Origin: Candidatus Arcticimaribacter sp.
GTDB lineage: Bacteria > Bacteroidota > Bacteroidia > Flavobacteriales > Flavobacteriaceae
Length of the DNA: 64,000 nucleotides
Direction: 5' to 3'
NCBI GenBank assembly: GCA_038143215.1
Contig: JAYQLP010000001.1
Span: 38,399 to 102,398 of the forward strand
The notes under the pieces were generated by a model. It was given only the letters and a program-made list of their open reading frames with translations, was not told the DNA's origin and did no database searches. Positions within the stretch are counted from its first letter, which is position 1. Each line of letters begins with the position of its first letter. Of this stretch, positions 38,103 through 48,381 are shown one piece after another. The position numbers and the translations under genes are program-made.

Positions 38103-41100
38103 ATGATTCATTTTTTTGGCAACACCAATCAGAAAATATTTGCCGTTGAATGCTCCTCCCCCTGTTGGATGAAGATGTAAAAAAACTCACTTGGCTTTTT
38201 AGTGAAGCAGAACCTATTTCTATCAAAAAAATCGAAGGAGTGTTTTTGGGAACACGGGCAAGCATGATTTCGCCTTGGAGTACCAATGCAGTTGAAATAA
38301 CAAAAAATATGGGCGTCGAAAATATTCGTCGCATCGAATTTTATGTACCCAAAGCCTCTGTAAAAGAAATTGATCCGATGCTAGTGGTTGAAATCAACGG
38401 CTTAGACCAAACCCTTTTTGATGTTGACATTACCCCAGAAAAGGTGATGCAAATTGAAGACATAGCTAGCTATAACCAGCAAGAAGGCTTGGCCTTGAGT
38501 GATGAGGAAGTTGACTACCTCAACGCACTTTCAAAACAATTGAAAAGGCCCTTAACTGATTCAGAGGTTTTTGGATTTTCTCAAGTCAATTCGGAACATT
38601 GTCGCCATAAAATTTTTAATGGGGAATTCATCATCGATGACCAAAAGAAGGAGAAAAGCTTGTTTCAACTCATAAAGCAAACCTCCAAAAGCCATCCGAA
38701 TGAAATTGTTTCTGCCTACAAAGATAACGTGGCCTTTATCGAAGGGCCTACGGTGGAGCAATTTGCACCAAAAACAGGAGCTGAACCCAGCAGTTTTGAA
38801 AAAACCGAATTCAAAAGTGTGATCTCACTAAAAGCAGAGACCCACAACTTTCCTACCACAGTAGAGCCCTTTAATGGAGCAGCTACAGGATCGGGAGGGG
38901 AAATTCGCGATCGCTTGGCGGGCGGACAAGGTTCTATCCCTCTTGCAGGAACAGCTGTGTACATGACTCCCTATTCGCGTGTTCAAGAAAAAAGAAATCA
39001 AAGTGCATTTAAAGAACGTAAATGGCTTTATCAATCCCCAATTGACATCCTAATCAAAGCCTCTAACGGAGCTTCTGATTTTGGAAATAAATTTGGTCAA
39101 CCGCTTATTTCAGGATCTGTTTTAACTTTTGAGCACCAAGAAAATAAGCACCGCCTTGGCTATGACAAAGTCATTATGCTTGCGGGTGGAATTGGGTATG
39201 GAAAACACGAACAAGCGTTAAAACACACACCAAAAAAAGGAGATAAAATCATTATTCTCGGGGGAGACAACTACCGAATTGGAATGGGAGGCGCTGCTGT
39301 TTCCTCTGCCGATACGGGTGCTTTTGGAAACACGATTGAATTGAATGCAATCCAACGTTCTAATCCCGAGATGCAAAAAAGAGTCGCCAATGCTATTCGC
39401 GCTTTGGTAGAGATGAGTAAAAACCCTATCATTTCTATTCATGATCATGGGGCGGGTGGTCATCTCAACTGCCTTTCTGAATTGGTTGAAGATACTGGAG
39501 GAACCATTGCCATTGACGCACTTCCTGTAGGCGACCCTACACTATCGGCAAAAGAAATCATCGGAAATGAATCTCAAGAAAGAATGGGACTTATTCTCGC
39601 TGCGGAAGATGCCGATTTTCTTGCCACCATTGCCCAACGTGAAAGAGCACCTTTTTATATTGTTGGGGAAGTAACCGACGATCATCGATTTACTTTTCAC
39701 TCTGAAAAAAAGAATGAAAAACCGATGAATCTTGAGCTCTCTGCCCTTTTTGGCAGTTCGCCTAAAACGCTTATGCAGGACAAAACGATGGAGGCTGCTT
39801 TTGCTTCCATTCAATATGACCCTGATGCTTTTGAAAAATACCTCATTGAGGTGCTACAACTCGAAGCTGTAGCCTGTAAAGATTGGCTTACCAACAAAGT
39901 TGATCGATGTGTAACAGGGCGAGTAGCACAACAACAATGTGTAGGAGAACTTCAACTTCCGCTAAGCAATTGCGGAGTGATGGCGCTAGATTTCACAGGT
40001 AATAAAGGAGTGGCTACCGCTCTTGGTCATGCACCCATTAGTGGACTCATCGACCCAAAAAGCGGAAGTAATTTAGCCATTGCAGAAGCCTTAACCAACT
40101 TGGTTTGGGCTCCACTAGAAAAAGGATTGGATAGCGTTTCCCTTTCTGCCAATTGGATGTGGCCTTGTAATAACCCCGGGGAAGACGCCCGACTTTATGC
40201 AGCTGTAGAAGAATGTTCCGAATTTGCAATTGCACTTGGAATTAATATTCCTACAGGTAAAGATTCTCTTTCGATGAAACAAAAATACAAAGAGGGTGAT
40301 GTATTGGCGCCAGGAACAGTGATTATCTCTGCGGCAGGACAATGCGACGATGTTACCAACATTGTTACCCCAGTCGCTCAAGAAAAAGGAGGCGATTTAT
40401 ATTACATCAATATGAGTTCAGATGCCTTTAAGCTAGGGGGGTCTTCTTTTGCACAAAATCTCGATCAAATTGGAAATGAAACGCCTTCAGTAACCAATGC
40501 TGCCTATTTCAAAAAAGCATTTAATTTGGTTCAAAAAGCCATCAAAGAAAATCGAATTACTTCTGGGCACGATATCGGCTCAGGAGGACTCATTACTTCG
40601 TTGTTAGAACTCTGTTTTCCTTCCACACAAATTGGTTTAGACATAGACCTTAATGCCCTAGGTGATACGGATCTTATTTCGGTTTTATTTGCAGAAAACC
40701 CCGGTTTAATTTTACAATCGACTACAGACCTCACCGCTTATTTTGCAAAAGAGGACATTACTGCTATTCCAATAGGGAAAGTAACTTCTTCTTGTGTAAT
40801 GTCGATAGGAAACACCCGTTTAAACATAGCTGAAATGCGTCAGCACTGGATGCTAACTTCTTCCAAACTTGAGGAAAAACAAACCCGTGAAGATTTGGCC
40901 AAAACACGTTTAAACAATAGCGTAAAACAACCTCTCAAATTTGTATTTCCAAACAACTTTTCTGGCCAAAAGCCTGCGGTAAAAAACAACCGCATAAAGG
41001 CTGCTGTTATTCGTGAAAAAGGAAGTAACTCTGAACGTGAAATGGCCTATGCTATGGATTTATGTAGTTTTGATGTTCGTGATGTACACATGACTGACCT

Positions 41101-41740
41101 TATCGAGGGCCGCGAAACGCTAGAGGATATTCAGTTTTTAGTGGCAGTTGGTGGTTTTTCAAATTCAGATGTACTCGGTTCAGCAAAAGGTTGGGCCGGA
41201 GCCTTCAAATACAACCAAAAAGCAAACGAAGCCCTCCAGGGATTCTTTCGTAGAGAAGACACCCTTTCCCTTGGGGTATGCAATGGGTGTCAACTCTTTG
41301 TTGAATTGGGATTATTGACTCCTGATCACGAGCAGCTTCCTGCGATGAAACACAACGACTCCGGGAAGTTTGAGTGTCAATTTACTTCAGTCACTATCCA
41401 ACCTTCAACGGCCGTTATGATGCAAGGATTGGAAGGGAGCACACTAGGCATATGGGCAGCCCATGGAGAAGGTAAATTCACTTTTCCAAAAGAAGAAAAA
41501 GAATATCAAATTCCGGCAAAATATCATCATTCAGACTATCCCGCCAATCCAAATGGATCGCAATACAATGCGGCCATGTTGGCCAGCGAAAACGGTCGCC
41601 ATTTGGTAATGATGCCCCACTTGGAACGTTCTACTTTTTCATGGAATTGGGCGCATTATCCACACGAGAGAAAAGATGATGTAAGCCCGTGGGTAATGGC
41701 TTTTGAAAATGCCTACCAATGGTTAGATAAAAAATCTTAG
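38103..41740 (+). CDS. purL: Phosphoribosylformylglycinamidine synthase, large type (apparent 1-bp deletion at 38158-38162)
   Basis: NSEHCRHKIF, KAETHNFPT, GAATGSGGEIRD, HDHGAGG, GVCNGCQ, MPHLER. The N-terminus MIHFFGN..KIFAV starts at 38103 in the adjacent frame, after TATTTTTG at 38075-38082. Confidence 0.95.
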
Positions 41741-41789
41741 GAAAGTCCGTTAGTTTTTCATTATATTTAATTTTTTGTGACTAATTATA

Positions 41790-43556
41790 ATGAAAATGAC
41801 ACCAACACGACTTTTTGACTTTTTAACTCTTCAACTCAATACTCCTTTAGAAAAATGCCTAAACACCAAATACAACGGTGAATGGATAGCTACCTCTACT
41901 CAGGAATTCAATAATAAAGTACAACAAGCCTCTAGGAAGCTGCTAGAAATGGGAGTGAAACACGGGGATAAAGTGGCTTTAATATCGACCAACAACAGAA
42001 CGGAGTGGTGTATTATGGATTTAGCCATTCTACAAATTGGAGGAACAACAGTACCTATTTACCCTACAATTTCCTCCTCCGAATACGAATATGTGTTGAG
42101 TCACTCCGAAAGCAAATACTGTTTTATTTCGGACGCAGAGATTTTTGAAAAACTAAAAAAGGTAGAAAAAAACACAGCGCTAGAAGGCGTATATTCGTTT
42201 GAAGATATAGCTGGTTGCAGTTCATGGAATGTCCTTTTTGAAGACGACAAGCCTGAGCTTCAAGCGGATGTAGATGCCATCAAAGCAAAGGTAACTACCG
42301 ATGATCTGGCTACGATAATTTATACCTCAGGAACAACAGGTCGCCCCAAAGGCGTAATGCTCAACCACAGCAATATTGTTTCTAATGTTTTATCTGCTTC
42401 AGATAAACTGCCTCTGGATCAAAATAAAAATGTGGCTTTGAGTTTTCTTCCGGTATGCCACATTTATGAACGCGTAATCATTTATTGCTATTACTATCAA
42501 AATATCGAGATTCATTTTGCTGAATCGCTCGAAAAGATTTCCGAAAACCTCAATGAGGTTCACCCCTACTTTATGACCGCCGTACCTCGCTTGCTCGAAA
42601 AAGTATATGATAAAATTTACTCTCGAGGCGCAGATTTGGACGGTATCAAACAAAAACTATTCTATTGGGCGGTTGATTTAGGACTCGAATTTGAGCCCGA
42701 TGGTAAAAACGGATGGTGGTATGAATTTAAATTAGGAATCGCCCGAAAGCTTATTTTCTCTAAATGGAAAGAAGCCTTAGGAGGCAACATTGAATACATC
42801 AGTTCGGGAAGTGCCGCACTACAATCGCGTTTAGGGAAAGTATTTTCTGCTGCCGGCATTACCATTCTTGAAGGCTATGGACTTACGGAAACCTCTCCCG
42901 TTATCTCGTGCAGCGAAGCCGTGAAAGGTGGAAATAAATTTGGAAGTGTGGGAAGAGTAATTGATGGTGTAGAAGTAAAAATCGCAGCGGACGGAGAAAT
43001 ACTTTGTAAAGGCCCCAATGTAATGCAAGGGTATTATAAAGATCCTGAAAAAACTGCTGAAGTTTTAAAAGACGGGTATTTTCACACAGGAGACATTGGA
43101 GTGCTTGATGAAGATGGGTTTTTAAAAATTACTGATCGGAAAAAACAACTCTTTAAAACTTCGGGTGGAAAATACATTGCACCACAATTGTTGGAAAACC
43201 AGATGAAACAATCGCTTTTTATTGAACAAATAATGGTGATTGGAGAGGGTCAGAAAATGCCCGCTGCTTTGATTCAACCCGCCTATGAATATATTGAGGC
43301 TTGGGCAAAAGAAAACAACATTTCCATCGGGGCAACCATGGAGGACATCTGTTCCAACGAAACACTCATTAGTGCTATACAAATAGACATTGATGAACAC
43401 AACCAACATTTTGGAAAATGGGAACAAGTCAAAAAATTTGCACTCACCCCTGATGTTTGGAGTATTGATGAAGGACATTTAACCCCTACGATGAAGGTAA
43501 AAAGAAAAGTAGTCCGAGAAAAGTACATGGACCTCTATAACGAGATTTACAGTTAA
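41790..43556 (+). CDS. Long-chain fatty acid--CoA ligase
   Basis: YTSGTTGRPKG, SFLPVCH, EGYGLTETSP, TGDIG, ITDRKK..FKTSGGK, LTPT.KVKR. Confidence 0.93.
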   Translation: MKMTPTRLFDFLTLQLNTPLEKCLNTKYNGEWIATSTQEFNNKVQQASRKLLEMGVKHGDKVALISTNNRTEWCIMDLAILQIGGTTVPIYPTISSSEYEYVLSHSESKYCFISDAEIFEKLKKVEKNTALEGVYSFEDIAGCSSWNVLFEDDKPELQADVDAIKAKVTTDDLATIIYTSGTTGRPKGVMLNHSNIVSNVLSASDKLPLDQNKNVALSFLPVCHIYERVIIYCYYYQNIEIHFAESLEKISENLNEVHPYFMTAVPRLLEKVYDKIYSRGADLDGIKQKLFYWAVDLGLEFEPDGKNGWWYEFKLGIARKLIFSKWKEALGGNIEYISSGSAALQSRLGKVFSAAGITILEGYGLTETSPVISCSEAVKGGNKFGSVGRVIDGVEVKIAADGEILCKGPNVMQGYYKDPEKTAEVLKDGYFHTGDIGVLDEDGFLKITDRKKQLFKTSGGKYIAPQLLENQMKQSLFIEQIMVIGEGQKMPAALIQPAYEYIEAWAKENNISIGATMEDICSNETLISAIQIDIDEHNQHFGKWEQVKKFALTPDVWSIDEGHLTPTMKVKRKVVREKYMDLYNEIYS

Positions 43557-43565
43557 AATCTTTTG

Positions 43566-43597
43566 TAAAACCCACCATAAGTGTGGGTTTTATTTTT
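43566..43597 (+). terminator. Intrinsic terminator after the acyl-CoA ligase
   Basis: TAAAACCCAC-N7-GTGGGTTTTA followed by a T run. Confidence 0.75.
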
Positions 43598-43606
43598 CTT
43601 TAAAAC

Positions 43607-43665
43607 TATGCAAGCATAATTATGCGTGAATAATTATGCTTGCATACTATTTTTAATTATATTTG
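43607..43665 (+). promoter_or_regulatory. Triple palindromic operator (TATGCnnGMATA x3, 14-bp period) plus -7 element TATATTTG (43658-43665) upstream of marR
   Basis: TATGCAAGCATAAT TATGCGTGAATAAT TATGCTTGCATACT; the array forms a perfect 17-bp inverted repeat, 43607-43623/43630-43646. Confidence 0.75.
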
Positions 43666-43681
43666 AATTCAATATTTATTT

Positions 43682-44116
43682 ATGCGTCAAAAGACAATAG
43701 AATATTCACTTCGTTCAACCTGGCAATTGATTACAGCCATGTACAACGAAAAAGCAATGAAATATGATGCCACCATGACCATGGCCTTTACCCTATTAAG
43801 TATTGATGCAGAAGGGACACCTTCAACTGCTTTGGGGCCCAAAATGGGAATGGAGAGCACAAGCCTTTCGCGCCTACTCAACACCATGGAAGAAAAAGGA
43901 TACATAGAACGGAAACCCAACCCTGAAGATGGGCGGGGTGTATTGATTTTTTTAACCGAACAGGGGAAAGAGAAAAGAGATTTGTCCAAAAAAACAGTAT
44001 TGGAATTTAATAATGGTTTACTTGAAAATATTGCTCCTGAAAAAATGGAACATTTTTTTGAAGTGATCGAAGCCATAAAAGAACAAATAAAGAAAAAACA
44101 ACTTATAGAGTATTAA
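43682..44116 (+). CDS. MarR family transcriptional regulator
   Basis: wHTH LG..MG.E.TSLSR.L..ME.KGYIER.....DGR...I.LTEQG. Confidence 0.92.
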   Translation: MRQKTIEYSLRSTWQLITAMYNEKAMKYDATMTMAFTLLSIDAEGTPSTALGPKMGMESTSLSRLLNTMEEKGYIERKPNPEDGRGVLIFLTEQGKEKRDLSKKTVLEFNNGLLENIAPEKMEHFFEVIEAIKEQIKKKQLIEY

Positions 44117-44132
44117 CAAGAAAATAAGCGCC

Positions 44133-45941
44133 ATGGAAGCAACACAAGCCAATGAAAAACAAATAAAAGGAGCCGCTTTTATTGTAGAAAAAACAGATGC
44201 AAATCAAGTTTTTACCCCCGAGGACTTTTCGGAGGAGCAAATTATGATGAAGGAATCGGTGCAAGAATTTGTAAACCGTGAAATTATTCCAAACAGAGAA
44301 CGATTTGAGAGGAAAGATTATGCCCTCACCCATGAGGTAATGCAAAAAGCGGGGGAACTCGGATTTTTGGGTGTTGCAGTACCCGAAGAATACAATGGTT
44401 TGGGAATGCCTTTCACTTCTACCATGTTGGTGTGTGATTATATTTCTGGAGCTAACGGATCTTTTTCTACTGCGTTCGGTGCCCACACTGGAATCGGAAC
44501 CATGCCCATAACCTTATATGGAAATGAAGAGCAAAACATGAAATACGTTTCAAAACTCGCCACAGGAGAATGGTTTGGAGCTTACTGTCTAACAGAGCCT
44601 GGCGCGGGTTCAGATGCAAATTCTGGAAAAACCAAAGCGGTATTGTCTGAAGACGGAAGCCATTACCTGATTACAGGACAAAAAATGTGGATTTCAAACG
44701 CAGGTTTTGCGGATCTATTTATTGTTTTTGCTCGTATTGAAGATGATAAAAACATTACTGGTTTTATTGTAGAAGTAGACCTAGAAAACGGCATCACCCT
44801 TGGCGATGAAGAAAATAAGCTAGGAATTAAAGCATCTTCAACTCGACAAGTGTTTTTCAACGAAACTAAAGTTCCGGTTGAAAATATGCTTGCTGGAAGA
44901 GGCGAAGGATTTAAAATCGCTATGAATGCCCTAAATGTTGGGCGAATTAAATTGGCTGCAGCTTGTTTAGAAGCACAGCGAAATGTGACAACAATGGCCG
45001 TTCAATATGCCAACGAACGTGTACAATTTAAAACACCTATTGCAAAATTTGGAGCCATCCAGAGTAAACTCGCTACCATGGCTACCAACTGCTTTGTAAC
45101 GGAGTCGGCTTCCTATCGAGCGGCATATGATATCGAACAACGGATAGATCAATTGCTCGCAGAAGGTAAAAGCTTTCAAGAAGCAGAATTAAAAGGAGTA
45201 GAAGAATTTGCGATAGAGTGTTCCATCTTAAAAGTAGCTGGGTCTGAAAATGCACAAAATTGTGCCGACCAAGGATTACAAATTTACGGAGGAATGGGCT
45301 TTTCTGCCGATGCACCTATGGAAATGGCTTGGAGAGACTCGCGAATTTCAAGAATCTACGAAGGAACCAATGAAATTAACCGAATGCTTTCCGTAGGGAT
45401 GACCTTGAAAAAAGCCCTAAAAGGAGAAATCGATTTAATGACTCCAGCCACAGCCGTGGGGCAAGAATTGATGCAAGGTAACATCAAAGCTGCAGAAGCT
45501 TCTGAAACGCTTTTTGGTCAAGAAAAAGCATTGGTTGAAAATTTAAAGAAAGTTTTTATGCTTATTGTCGGAGCTGCAGTTCAAAAGTTTGGACCCAACC
45601 TCGATGCTGAACAACAAATTTTACTTGCTGTTTCCGATATTCTAATTGAAACCTATTTGGCTGAATCAGCAATTCTACGAGTTGAAAAAAATGCACAAAG
45701 ACATGGCGTAGCTTCTCAAGAAAAGCAAATCGAAATGGCTCAACTTTATTTGTTTGAAGCCATTGAGCGCGCAAACGCTAGAGCAAAAGAAGCAATTGTT
45801 TCCTTTGCAGAAGGAGCGCAACTTAAAGGAATGATTGCAGGCGTAAAGCAATACACTAAGTATGCCGAATATCCTAATGTGGCCCAATTGAGAAAGAGCA
45901 TTGCTTCAAAAGTAATTGAGGAAAACAAATACCCTTTCTAA
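44133..45941 (+). CDS. Acyl-CoA dehydrogenase (long form, ACAD9/FadE-like)
   Basis: CLTEPGAGSDA, GQKMWISN, KLGIKASST, LNVGR, QIYGGMG, RIYEGTNEI. Confidence 0.93.
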   Translation: MEATQANEKQIKGAAFIVEKTDANQVFTPEDFSEEQIMMKESVQEFVNREIIPNRERFERKDYALTHEVMQKAGELGFLGVAVPEEYNGLGMPFTSTMLVCDYISGANGSFSTAFGAHTGIGTMPITLYGNEEQNMKYVSKLATGEWFGAYCLTEPGAGSDANSGKTKAVLSEDGSHYLITGQKMWISNAGFADLFIVFARIEDDKNITGFIVEVDLENGITLGDEENKLGIKASSTRQVFFNETKVPVENMLAGRGEGFKIAMNALNVGRIKLAAACLEAQRNVTTMAVQYANERVQFKTPIAKFGAIQSKLATMATNCFVTESASYRAAYDIEQRIDQLLAEGKSFQEAELKGVEEFAIECSILKVAGSENAQNCADQGLQIYGGMGFSADAPMEMAWRDSRISRIYEGTNEINRMLSVGMTLKKALKGEIDLMTPATAVGQELMQGNIKAAEASETLFGQEKALVENLKKVFMLIVGAAVQKFGPNLDAEQQILLAVSDILIETYLAESAILRVEKNAQRHGVASQEKQIEMAQLYLFEAIERANARAKEAIVSFAEGAQLKGMIAGVKQYTKYAEYPNVAQLRKSIASKVIEENKYPF

Positions 45942-45971
45942 TAAATATCCTACTTGGATTGTTTTGTTCAG

Positions 45972-46002
45972 ACTCCCAAAGTTCCTTTGGGAGTTTTTTT
46001 TT
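45972..46002 (+). terminator. Intrinsic terminator after the acyl-CoA dehydrogenase
   Basis: ACTCCCAAAG-TTC-CTTTGGGAGT followed by a T run. Confidence 0.85.
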
Positions 46003-46028
46003 ATATTTCCATTCCTTACCAAAAAACA

Positions 46029-47362
46029 ATGAAACATTATTTCTTACTGCTTCTATCGCTTTGTTTTATGTCAGCTAAAGCGCAAGCACCGCAGGATTTT
46101 TACACCCTGATTAAAAAGTATCCAAACAACGTATTGAACGAGATATTAATACGCTAGCCAATTTTGGCACTCGGCATACCCTAAGCGACACCCTATCTGA
46201 CAAAAGGGGAATTGGCGCAGCACGTCGATGGATTTTTGATCGTTTTCAAGAAATATCAAAATCCTGCAATGGTTGCCTTGAAGTAAGCTATCAAAAAAAC
46301 CATCAAGAGCCCGACGGAAGAAGAATTGTAAAGCCGGTTTGGATTAATAATGTAGTTGCCATTCAAAGGGGAACAAAATACCCCAACCGCTATGTGATAA
46401 TGAGTGGGGATATTGACTCCAGAATTTCAGACCCTAATAATTTCACAGATGATTCCCCAGGAGCGAATGACAACGCAAGTGGAATGGCTGGAACCATTGA
46501 AGCAGCTCGTGTATTAAGTAAATATAAATTTGAAAATAGCATTGTTTATGTTGGCCTATCTGGGGAAGAACAAGGTCTTTATGGAGGTGCGGGCTTAGCA
46601 AAATACGCCCAAGAAAATGAGTGGGACATTATTGGGGTACTCAACAACGATATGATTGGAAATATCAAAGGTGTTGATGGGGTGATTGATAATCGTACCT
46701 TCCGAATTTTTTCTGAACCTACCCCTGCCAATGAATCGGATCGAAAAAGAAAAAGTCGCCGTTTTTATGGAGGGGAAATTGATGGGAACTCCCGACAATT
46801 GGCGCGCTATATTTACAAAACAGTTCAAAACTATATGCCAGAAATGAATCCTAAAATGATTTATCGACTTGACCGTTTTGGCCGAGGAGGACACCACCGT
46901 CCATTTAATGATTTGGGATATGCCGGGGTTCGTATTATGGAAGCGCATGAAAACTACACCCAACAACATCAAGATATAAGAGAAGAATTTGGCGTGAAAT
47001 ACGGCGATGTGGTAGAAGCAGTGAACTTTGGATATGCGCAGAAGTTAACAGCAGTCAATGTAATCAATCTCGCTGCTTTGGCGTGGGCTCCGCCGGCTTT
47101 AAAAGAATTGTCTATTGGAGGTGTGGTTGAAGCAAGTGCTCGTTTTGAGTGGACGCCTATTGATGATGAATCCATTTTAGGGTATAAAATTTATTGGAGA
47201 GATACCACTTCGCCTACCTGGGACCATAGTCGTTTTGTAGGAAATGTATCTCAAGCCAAACTGAAAGGCATTGTGATTGATAATTATTTTTTTGGCATTT
47301 CCACTGTGGGTAAAAACGGTATTGAAAGTCCTGTCCTATTCCCTACTGCAGTCATTCGCTAG
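46029..47362 (+). CDS. Secreted M28 family metallopeptidase with FN3-like tail (apparent 1-bp deletion at 46113-46117)
   Basis: Signal peptide MKHYFLLLLSLCFMSAKAQ; adding one A gives IKKVSKQRIERDINTLANFGTRHTLSD. PGANDNASG, GEEQGL, NNDMIG, DRFGRGGHH. Confidence 0.88.
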
Positions 47363-48381
47363 TAATAATTATCGGTCTGTAAGCGGTTGTATTGACCTCT
47401 TCTGTTTCTTCTGTACACACTAAAATCAAAGGTGACAAAAAGCTCAAAAATACTTGGAGAATAGACCGCACCAGGAGATTGGAAAGGGAAGTTATAAAGA
47501 ATACCAAAATCAAAGTTTTCTACTGCCAACCCTATTGATAATCCCACATTATTCAACGCAAAATTATTTAATGCCGCAGCCTGTTCACTAATCCCCACAG
47601 AGAATTCACCTAATTGGAAATCTTGAGACAAATAAATTAAAACTGCATCGCCAAATTTGGTGAAGGAACCGTAAGTAAATAAATACGAGTAACGGGGAAG
47701 GTATCGCCTTTCGTAGGGATTCAAATCAAATTCATATGCGCCTTGAACCGATATTTGAATGGGTTTTTCATAAGGCACCTCTTGGTTGTAAGAAGTGTTG
47801 GGTCGGTTTAAATGCTTTAAAGACAAACCAGCCATAAAACGTTCCGAATGAAGAATGAACGAAGCCCCTAAATCCAGATAATTTACATTGCTAATTACAG
47901 GAGCAAGTGGGTCTATGGATTCCGTATTAATAAAACCTGTTGCTGTATTCAATTGATCTTCAAAAATGAGATTTTCAGGGTTGACGGAAGAGCTTCCGAA
48001 ACCAACGGTTACTGCAGGTAAGAAATAAAGATCATTATCGAATTGCAGTTTATACACATAACTTACATTGACCAAATTAATGGTTAAGCCCGTGTTCTGA
48101 ATTTTAAACGAATTGATGTCTGCTCCAAGACTAAAGTCAAGATTGTCAAAGGAGAGCGCACCAAAGACATACTTGTTGTCCATTTTATCAAATTCATTCA
48201 ATTTCATTTGGTTGTATAGAACCCCAACTTTATTTAGGTTATTAAAACCAAAATAACTCGGGTTGCTTTTCTGCATGAATTTTGAATTGTTGACAATGTA
48301 TTCTTCTTGTGCATACAGCATTGAACCCATCAAAAAGATGAAGCCAAACAAAAAACGATATGTGGGACTTTTCTTCTGCAT
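47359..48381 (-). CDS. PorP/SprF family T9SS outer-membrane beta-barrel (divergent)
   Basis: Signal peptide, NPSYFG, SY.YKLQF...L.....V.VGFG, L.FEDQ, DLGA, GLSLKHLNRPN. Directly follows a type-B CTD gene with a TAATG overlap. Confidence 0.85.
   Translation of the reverse strand: MQKKSPTYRFLFGFIFLMGSMLYAQEEYIVNNSKFMQKSNPSYFGFNNLNKVGVLYNQMKLNEFDKMDNKYVFGALSFDNLDFSLGADINSFKIQNTGLTINLVNVSYVYKLQFDNDLYFLPAVTVGFGSSSVNPENLIFEDQLNTATGFINTESIDPLAPVISNVNYLDLGASFILHSERFMAGLSLKHLNRPNTSYNQEVPYEKPIQISVQGAYEFDLNPYERRYLPRYSYLFTYGSFTKFGDAVLIYLSQDFQLGEFSVGISEQAAALNNFALNNVGLSIGLAVENFDFGILYNFPFQSPGAVYSPSIFELFVTFDFSVYRRNRRGQYNRLQTDNYY

Noticed and set aside
43607-43648. Mini CRISPR or mobile-element terminal repeat
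   Set aside because: 14-bp units with no spacers and no cas or transposase gene; the position over a MarR promoter fits an operator.
5602-46117. Programmed frameshifting or phase variation at homopolymers
   Set aside because: The runs are only 3-5 nt, all are short by exactly one base, and they hit essential or core genes. Sequencing error is more economical.
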